Shown: positions 51,801 through 60,796 of the stretch, in pieces
How the letters are laid out: every line of letters begins with the position of its first letter
Position numbering within the stretch: position 1 is the first letter of the stretch
Assembly (NCBI GenBank): GCA_010909165.1
Contig: MU008160.1
Location: 1,674,001-1,738,000 of the forward strand
DNA from: Anthoceros angustus
Lineage: Eukaryota > Plantae > Anthocerotophyta
Direction: 5' to 3'
DNA: 64,000 bases
Made by a program: the position numbers and the translations under genes
Notes under the pieces: generated by a model
Seen by the model: only the letters and a program-made list of their open reading frames with translations
Told to the model about the DNA's origin: nothing
Database searches by the model: none

Positions 51801-52136
51801 AGGTGAGTTGAAGATCCCGTGAGTAAGACGGAATGATTGCGAGAGAGATGAACAAGCATTTTGAGAGTTGGTGAAGTGTAAGGGCCTGGATGAGAACCTG
51901 GGGAAAGGCTGGAGTGTGGAAGTGGAGGTCGAATGGGCAAGAGGGAGGAGAACAAGGAGGTTGAGAGAGTTCTGGGAACTTGAGAGTGATGAAAACCTCA
52001 AGGTGTTGGTATGGGTTGGAAGGTGAGCTGAAAGGCCGAGGGGGCAAGGAAGTCTGAAGAAGTGCTGCAAGAGTGAGAGGTGGAGGGGAGTTATGAGAGC
52101 AGTAACCCTGATTGGTGGATCTAACTTTGTGGATGA

Positions 52137-52172
<36 letters not shown>

Positions 52173-54140
52173 AGCCTTATCCACTTGGATCCCGAATTGG
52201 GTCCCACCATTCTATTAATAGCCCGACCTGATCCCAAGGTGGCCCCCCCTCTGCTAGAAATAGAGGGTGGTTGCTAAGTTAGCAAGATCATCCGTTCGGG
52301 GTGGCATCGAGGTCGTGGCTAAGATAGCCAGTCAGTGTTGTTAGGGGAGTCACAGTGCATGGCGCTAGATGTTTTGGTGTGTCCGTGTTTGGTTGGATTG
52401 GCTATGTTTTGGTTGTCTTGACACGAAATCACTCCCTTGGGTACGAATCTCAAGTCTACAACGATAAAGAGGGTAAATGTGGCCTCTTTGTGACCACTTG
52501 GTTTAGAAAATCACTCCACAATAATCCAAGACCTCAACATTGGTCTTAGTCAAATGAGTCTTAGGTATCTAAAGGGACAATTACTTATGGCTTTCGGGAT
52601 AATAGCCCACTTGTGTCCATTATCGACTATGCATGCCGATTGGCATCTAATCCGGACTAGCGGAGCATCTCGGCTTATTGTTTTAAGTTGTCAAATGGGG
52701 CGATTAATTTGAGCTCTAAAAGCACTCGATGGCTCTTTCGTCCACAAGGGCCGAATATGACCAGTCTTTGTAAGCCTAGGCACCGTTCCTCTGCCACAGT
52801 GAGAAGACCTGTTGCCCAGATCCGTGTGGCCGATCCGCAAGGGTGGTGGAAAGCAAGGGAAGGGAGCCTTGATCTCCTTGGAGGGAGTCCTCAAGGTCAA
52901 GAGGAAGGGGTCGAAGGAGGAGGCTGTCCCTCCTTTACTCATTCTCTGCAGTTGTCTAGTACTCACCTTGTGTTTAAGTTTTTGAGTGTCAAGGTCGCAG
53001 GAGAAGAAGACAAGGCGGGAGCCGGTGTGTGTGAAGGAGGAAGTGAGTCAGGTGTGGGCTTGTGGGTTTGGAAAATGAGAGGAAAAAAGTGAGCCGAGAG
53101 AAGTGGAGAATCTGGACATGGAGAGTTGCTGATTGGCTGTTTGAGAGGAGTAAGAAGGGCTGGAGAAGTCTGAGATGTTGTGTTCTGAAGAGAGTGAGTG
53201 GAGGTTGAAGATCCGTGAGTGGAGATGGAATGATTGGGGAGAGAGATGAACAAGTATTTTGAGAGTTGGTGAAGTCTGTAAGGGCCTGGATGAGAACCTT
53301 GTAAGGACTGGAAGTGTTGTGGCTGTGAAGTGGAGGTGAATGGGGCGTGGAGTGAGAACAAGGAGGTTGAGAGAGTTCTGGGAACTTGGAGGTGTGATGA
53401 AAACACAAGGTGTTGGTATGGGTTGGAAGGTGAGCTGAAAGGCTGGAGAGGGGCAAGGAAGTCAAGAAGTCTTGCAAGAGTGAGGAGGGGAGTTATGAGC
53501 GGTAACCACGATTGGTGGATCTAACTTTGTGGATGAGTAGAGAGAGAGAGAGAGAGAGGTCAGCTTATCCACTTGGATCCCGACTGGGACCCACCCCTAT
53601 TAATAGCCGACTGATCCCAAGGTGGACCCCCCTAGAAATAGAGGTGGTTGCTAAGTTAGCAAGGTCATCCGTTCGGGGTGGCATCGAGGTCGGCGTGGCT
53701 AAGATAGCCCGAGTGTTGTTAGTGATCACAGTGCATGGCTAGATGTTTTGGTGTGTACTGTTTGGTTGGATTGGCTATGTTTTGGTTGTCTTGACACGAA
53801 ATCACTCCCTTGGGTACGAATCTCAAGTCTACAACGATAAAGAGGGTAAATGTGGCCTCTTTGTGACCACTTGGTTTAGAAAATCACTCCACAATAATCC
53901 AAGACCTCAACATTGGTCTTCCGTCAAATGAGTCTTCCGGTATCTAAAGGGGACAATTACTTATGGCTTTCAGGATAATAGCCCACTTGTGTCCATTACT
54001 GACTATGCAGATGCCGATTGGCATCTAATCCGGACAGCTAGCGGAGCATCTCGGCTTATTGTTTTAAGTTGTCAAATGGGGCAGTTAATTTGAGCTCTAA
54101 AAAGCAGACCTCGATGGCTCTTTCGTCCACAAGGGCCGAA
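48885..54140. repeat. Interleaved internal duplications (X Y X' Y' Z Y'' Z') with purine-rich about 440-nt repeats and (AG)n tracts at about 52140-52170 and 53537-53557
   Basis: cggtaagcaccgcctaagaagtc at about 48885 and 50760. gaagtcaagtgagt..gggcttgtgggtttggaaaatgag at about 49813, 50251, 51655 and 53040. gattggtggatctaactttgtggatgag at about 52110 and 53510. Confidence 0.88.
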
Positions 54141-54400
54141 TATACAGCCTTGACTGATACTGTTAAAGAGGTCGCATGGGAAATAACTTTTCTTGAAGGC
54201 CTAACCTGTCAAAGAAGATTCTCCAACTTTACTTTTACGTGACAACAAATCAACAATTGCTATGGCTAGCAACCCTCGATTTCATTCCAGGAAAAAACAC
54301 ATTGAGACAAGGCAGCATTATGTTTGGCATGCTGTTGAAACATGGGTCGTTAAGGTTTCCTATGTCTTTACAGACATGATTACTACAGACCAAGAATCTG
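53900..54400 (+). pseudogene. Copia reverse transcriptase C-end / RNase H remnant (partial duplicate at about 52530-52760)
   Basis: PQHWSSVK..RYLKGT..YG, DYADADW, GAVNLSSKKQTSMALSST/AEYTAL..KEVAW, DNKSTIAMASNPRFHSRKKHIETRQHYV, with frameshifts. Confidence 0.9.
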
Positions 54401-54711
54401 CCTCAACATAAACACTATCTACACATGGAGGCTCTTGGCATTTTCTCATCATTATTACCTGTCTCTAAGAGTGCCCTACCGAGCCACAATTAGCAATATG
54501 GACATGGACTTATGGCGGATGACGCTCCTTGACCTAGCCAATCGCCACTTGTTCTCCCTAATTCTATGGACCAAGCTATGCCAACCAAATGTTTTCAGTC
54601 GGCTTTCCGCTTGTGCAGCGGATCCCTTGCCTTATCGCATGGGGACTACTTATCCGCAGCCAAGAGCCTGTTTTTCAGTCCACCCCTAACCATGCGTAAT
54701 TAAAGGGGGTG

Positions 54712-54843
54712 TGTTAGATTGATTGTTAACACAAACCATTCATTCTGTTCTGATTCTGCTTTTGCACGTACTTGCTTTCTCTTAGCTCCTCCGCTCTTCA
54801 TGTCACTTGCATTCAGCTGAAGCCTCCGCTCTAAATCATAAGA
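54712..54843 (+). repeat. 3' LTR (internally deleted relative to the 5' LTR), preceded by PPT
   Basis: TGTTAGATT...CTAAATCATAAGA after aaagggggtg. About 70 nt of the 5' LTR is missing. Confidence 0.88.
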
Positions 54844-56389
54844 CTCGCGCACTATTACCTCACTGGCCCTTTGTAAGACCCTGTATTACCCTTGAGTCGT
54901 CGAGTTGTTTCAGAAGCCCTCATTATGTGGGCTCACTGTGGGACATTGGCACTATGGGGCTTATGACGCCGGGTGTAATGAACGGCACAGTAAGGCTGTG
55001 AACAACACAATATTTCTATTTTAGGTCTTTTGGCACCTCATTAAAGCTCACTGCGCAGTGAGCTTGTCGTCTTCCGCGTGAAAGCCACATCAAGCCCTGC
55101 AAGTGCCGGCTTCCTAAAATATGCCTCTTGACATCCCGCACCCATCGATTCAGGTAAGCTCGATGTTTATTTGATTCAGGTAAGCGAGATGTGGTTTGAT
55201 GAGGTGTGGCGAGGTAGCGGGCGATTTCACACAGTTAGGAATTCAGGCTAGTGCGCAAAGTGCAGGGCAGATGGCGGAAGCGAGGAGGTGTGCGATTTGT
55301 AGGCCAAGCAGCGACTATTGCGTGCAGCCGAGCAGGCGTGGCAGGGGCGAGCAAATAACGAAAGCAAGGTGGTGAGCGGGGCATGTAGACAACCAAAATG
55401 GGTGGGACCGTGAACGGATGTGCGGATGAATCTTGCAGAATGTTGAGCGGAAGAGGATTGCAAGCTGGTGAGCGGATGCATCTTGCAGAATGCATGCATC
55501 TTTTCTTAGAAGCAACATTTCAGATTTTGTGTTCGCAACATACCTTTGTCACAGCTCATGATTTTGCAGATTGTGGGTTCGCAATATACCTTTACAGAGC
55601 CCGTGACTTTGCAATTGAAGTAAAAGAAACCAGACTTCTCCATAGGGCTTCATCTTATCTATACCGCCAAGAATCATGTGAGCATTCCATTTGAGTGAAG
55701 CTTGCGGGGTGCTGAGCGGGTGCATTGTGATTTTCATTCGGCTTCGAGAAAGGTTCGAGAGCCTAATTTCTAGGGAAGTGCTGAGGTGACCCCTATCCTA
55801 CAATGCCTCTCTAGTTCCGTCCACACAAACAGGCCTCTCTTAAAATATCCCGTTCGAATCAGCCATGTACTAAACTAAGAAAGCTCTCTTCAAATCCAAC
55901 CTGTACGGAGTCCATGCTAAGAACCCCTACCGTTTCTCACTTGGCACGTAAAATATGGACTGGGTCAGCGCTATGAACAGGCCGGGTGCCGGCGAGATAA
56001 ACAATGAGGCTTATGTGTAATCAACTTTGTTAAGAGCCATGGCTACATAAGAAGGTGGTGTGTGACGTGTATTCCCATCGTTCACATTGGTCTTTGTCAT
56101 GTTAGGGATATCTTTTGGTTGTCCATTCTTTATGGAGGAGGATCTTGCTGTGATAGGGTGTACATTGTGGTCATGAGGTTTTGAAGTATAGTGTTTTTCT
56201 ATATTATTTTAATATATTACATAATAATATGCTCAATTTCATCCGTACTTACCATCACACAAACTCTGCAATAGAAGGTAGCACTCCAGGCTTGGATTGG
56301 TAGGTTCATGCTGTTCACTCACAAATTTGGCATATGCTGGTATACTGTGGCTCCTCTTGTAGGTAGCAATGGAGATGTCCCGATGTTGT

Positions 56390-56996
56390 CTACATCTGTT
56401 CATCATCTTCTGCAGCGCTAGCTTTTCTAGCACACTCCACCTTTCGGGCACTCTGCGAGGACATGGTGCAAGAAGGTTCACCTGGGTGTTTGCCGTTTGG
56501 GATGCCGGCAAACTTTGGGCTGCTTTCACTAAGAGAGGCCATAGTATCAGTGGAATTTGTTTGTCTAGAGCTCCTCTTTACTTCTTCCTCCTTCCTGAAG
56601 CGTTTTAGTTTTGGATTGCACTTTCTCACAATGAGGTTGCCTATGTTAAAGATACTGCTTATTTCTTGGGCAATCCGCGTTCAATGCTTTGTCCTTAGAT
56701 TCCTGTGCTTCAGGTGCACAATTTGCATCTCCAAATAGGCTTCAACGAGTGTTGTCGTAAGCTCTTCAAACCATGTAGCGACCGATTCAGGTTGTTTTCC
56801 TATAGCTTTCGCCTAAATCTTTGGCACTTCTAAGTAGGACATCATCGTTCGACTCCCTCATGTTCTCTGTGATGTGTAGTATGGATTCTTCTCCAACAGC
56901 GGTCGCATAGATGCGAAAGGCTTCCTCCATGGTGTGACTAACCAGTGCAGCAGGCCCCTTCGAGAGTTTTGTCACAGTGCAAGGTGCAAGGTGCAA
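56390..56996 (-). pseudogene. Trihelix/Myb-SANT-like DNA-binding gene relic
   Basis: WFEELTTTLVEAYLEMQIVHLKHRNLRTKH*TRIAQEISS..RKCNPKLKRFRK (56773-56590) fits the trihelix pattern. The conserved Trp is a TGA (56683-56681) and there is a frameshift upstream. Confidence 0.6.
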
Positions 56997-58623
56997 GGTG
57001 CAAGATCATAGTTTAGGAACCCATGACGGTTGGTTGCTAATCTCAGGAGCATCGGCGTCCTGAATCAGTTTGGTTCTCCCCTCTATGTGTTTTTATGAGG
57101 GTAGGGGTTGATGTGTTAGGTTTTTTGGAGCGTTTTTATAGCGTGCTCAATAGTGGAGTGATAGCCGACTGATGTGATAGTCGGCTTTTTGTACAGCGTC
57201 TTTATGAATACAGAACATTATCTCTAAAGAAAGGTCACAGTTTAGGTAATCAAATTAGAATTATGGATCCCGGGCAAGTGTAAAGGCCAGCACCCAACCT
57301 GCACCTGGCCTACACATATCAGTACCCGAGTCTAATTTCGCTCAAACAACGGGGTGGAAGGCACAATAAGGAGACGAGTTGAGGTGATAAAGAACCTAAA
57401 AATGGGATACCAACAGTCCTTTTAGGAGTACCGGCGAACGGTGTAGTGAGCTTTATCAATATCTATGTGAAAGTCACATGAGTTGGCAGGCCAGAGTGAG
57501 GCGCGTGATGCGTTTCATGACGACTCAGACCGCCCTCCTAACCACAGGTAAAGAGGTTTCAAGCCCCTTCTAAGGCGATTCTAATGCGCTCTCTATTCGA
57601 TCCAAGGGTGAATTCCTTGCCGGTTTTGGATGTTGCAAGCATGAGAGCATGTAGCTCGATGTAAAAGATGTTGATTATGATTTAAATGGGAATTCTTGGT
57701 GCCAGATTGAGGCAGCAATTACTTGTTTTCATTCGGAACGATGCAAATTGAATGGTTCATCATATTGGGGTTAACTCAAACATTCGTCCACCTAAAGTTA
57801 AGGAACATTGTTACTAGCAGAAGTATAATTAGCCCCTCGTTTTTCTCTTGATAAATACAATCCATGGTATATATATTATTGCTAGAAGAAGAAAAACAAG
57901 TGGCTATTAGAACTAGCTCATATAACTCAAAATGAGAGAATAAAAACGATGTGATATCATACTACATATATGCACAATCAGCTCGCTGTGAACTAATGAG
58001 TTAGACTAGATTCTCATACATTATTATTCTATCAAGATAAATACTTGAGATATCCAATCTATTCATTAAATTAATTTGATGGATGAATCTTAAACTTTTC
58101 AATCCAGTAAAAGACATCCAAATGTATTGAACCATATTATGTATATTATTATTATGATATTTTTTATACACACCTATATATCTATAATGAACACACATCA
58201 CTATCAAGTTTGTGAGAATATTGCAAACTCATTTATGTAGCTTATGTGGATGGGTTACTCTCAAAGTTGAACCAAGTGCTCACGAAGGGGTTCGCAAGCG
58301 TTATTAGGAAGAATTTAAATAATTAAAAACTAACGTTTTTGTTTTTATATCGCTTACAAGTAACCTTCCTGTTAATATCCGGGCAAGGGGATGAGTGTGT
58401 CTTAGCTTTTTTACAAGTGAAGCGAAATGGGGGACAGGGTAGCAACGGAGACATGCGAGGGAATCTGGGACAGATGCAAAAACAGCTGAGCAAACCAGAA
58501 AGCACTGTGCGAAAAGCAGGAGGAGAATGTGGCGCTGTCTCATCAAGCTTCCAGCCTGCAGGCTACAAATGTGGAGTCAAAGGTGAAGCTGGCAGCCCGG
58601 CCAGTGAGCTCCTCCATCCGCCC

Positions 58624-60217
58624 ATGGCTTGCGCCGCATTCCCGCTACCGCCCACAAATGCCGTCAGTCTTCCAGCCCACCACCCACCAGCAGCAGCATT
58701 GCCCCATCCACGACCCAACATCACTCTCCACCCCCGCATTGCCCACGATGCCCAGCAGCGTCCGATACCCCTGCTCCCGGCAGGCGGAGATGGAGGCTCC
58801 GGCCCCACCTTCCTCTTCCCGGCCGGGGGAGGGGGCGATGGGGACGGGGACAAGGCCGGGCGGAGTCCGAGCTGGAGATGGAGCTGGAGCATGAGCTGGG
58901 CTGCCCTGGCTATGGCGGCCGGAGCGGGGGACGCGTTCACACGGCCCAGGAAGGCGACTGCAATTGTGCTGGACAGCAGCACCCGGCAGACTTACGTGGG
59001 GGAGTTCGCTGCCAAGTATGCCGAGGTTGGTGTGGGCGGGAGAGTAGGGTGCCTAGAATGGAGAATGTAGCCACCGGGTTGGTCTGGTTGGATGGACGAC
59101 AAAGCTCAGGAAATGCAGGGCGTGGTCTGACAGGCTCTGCGCCAAGCCTGCGAGCAGTACGGGTACGAGTTCTACGACTCCCCCTACCAGCTCAACATTG
59201 TGGGAGTGAGGAATCCGTCGGACGACCCCGGGGCGTTCGACGACCACTTCGCCGTGGTTTACAGCACCGGGGAGGAGGGGGGGCAGCCGTCCGGTTGGGT
59301 GGTACTGTCTGCTTCTACAGCATTGGATGTGGCTGGTAATTTTGCTGGTGGATATGGGGTAAATGGGGATGTGCTGGAAATGTGTGTATGATGTACAAAC
59401 GTGGTTTCAGGTGACCAGCTACACGGCTTCTGTGGATCCGGGCAGAGCATGGCTGACAATGGGGTGGGGGGGACCCGGGGGCACGGCGATTCTCTGTCCT
59501 GGGCAGTATGTGGATGCCTATCAGGTACTGTTTGTCGCTGCAGGAGGATTGGGAGGAGGAGAAATGGAAGGACTGATTGTTTGCTGGTGGGCTTGTTGCT
59601 TGTCAGGTGGGCCTGCACAATGGGAAGTACGAGGCTCTGGTGCAGGAGCGCCCTGTGAAGGTGTGGAGGGACCACGACCGGGATGGGAAGCTTGATTTTG
59701 GAGAGCATGGAAGGTGGGGTGAGGTGAAGTGTTTGTCCTGCTTCAGTAGGTGGGGTTTCAGGCAGGTTGGCTGCCCGTACCTGATGTTCATGCTGGTGCT
59801 GATGCTCTGGTGTGGCAGTTTCGACGATGAAGGCCTGTTTGGTGTGAACATACATCACGCTGGGATCAAGGATACAGCGGAGTACAAGTTTCTGTTGACC
59901 AAGTATACGGATATGGTGGAGAAGTACTCGGCAGGATGTCAGGTTGCTGTGCTTTCCCTTTCTGTCTTGTTCGGTGATGTGAACTTGTTGGTGGTTCTGT
60001 TCTGGTCTTGTGGTTGCTGAAATTTGCTTCTGCTGTTTGTCAGGTGATTGCGACGGAAGAGGATTTCGGGCATTTCATGGAGACTGTGAAGCTGTCCGTG
60101 AGGAAGGGGCACAAGCCCTACTTCACCTACACGTTGTTCCAAGGGGAGGAAATGTGGGATACCATCTCGGGCCCCTTGCAACAAGCCAGACAGACTTTGC
60201 AACCGTATCTCACGTGA
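58624..60217 (+). CDS. L,D-transpeptidase (YkuD)-like protein of bacterial/phage type with plastid-like N-terminal extension (362 aa)
   Basis: Six exons with consistent phases: 58624-59025, 59134-59301, 59411-59524, 59607-59713, 59819-59942, 60044-60217. Spliced motifs LNIVGVRN, FDD, DPG, TAILCPGQY, GLHNGKYEALVQ, VWRDHDRDG, FGVNIHHAG, YSAGCQV, FTYTL. Confidence 0.8.
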
Positions 60218-60796
60218 TCTTGTTCTGCACTGTTGAGACACTGTGAGTTGAGTTAGAAGCAGAGTCACCATGCTACAAGACAGCAACTTGTGGCCTTCTC
60301 TGTCATTGAAACAATCAATAACCCAAGACCTTGGTAGGAATGACGCTCGCAACAATGCCAAATGTCATTCTAGAAGGGGAGGGTTTCCCAAGACGTTTTT
60401 GGTTGTGCAGATTGCCAACCCCGGGAACGAAATGTGCTTGCTAGATCTGCCTTTGAGAGCTTCTGCACTGCATCGCAACCATCCCGAGAAACAATGTGCA
60501 CACATCATCCCATACAGTCACAGAAACTTCTGCTTTCAGGTGCGAGATGCAATGAAACAACAGTAGTTGATTTGACACATTCTTCTGCGCAGTTTGTTAT
60601 TGGGAAGCACACCTTCGAGGGAGACAGGCAAGAGACAGTTTCATCTGCCTGTCCTCCGCGCAAAACAAGACATTTGATGAACCCCAGACATACCATCCTT
60701 TTCTAAGGTCTGTCAGGAGTGATTCAGACATCCAGATGCCTGCAGATTTGTACCCTCGAAGACGGCAGGAATTGAAGACAACACACCAACTCCATT

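Larger units (their letters stand above)
42631..54843 (+). mobile_element. Decayed Ty1/Copia LTR retrotransposon with most of gag-pol replaced by foreign sequence
   Basis: 5' LTR 42631-42834, PBS TGGTATCAGAGC 42835-42846, PPT attaaagggggtg 54699-54711, 3' LTR 54712-54843. Copia RT-end/RNase H remnants at about 53900-54400. Flanks CTCAT/CTCGC form a partial 5-bp TSD. Confidence 0.85.

Noticed and set aside
49738-53477. Long minus-strand ORFs (343, 279, 191, 162 aa) rich in L/S/P/H/T
   Set aside because: A by-product of the C/T-rich strand, which rarely forms stop codons. Frames are not preserved between repeat copies.
57200-57900. Possible transposase partner for the trihelix relic
   Set aside because: No DDE or Harbinger motif was recognisable in the frames I translated by eye.
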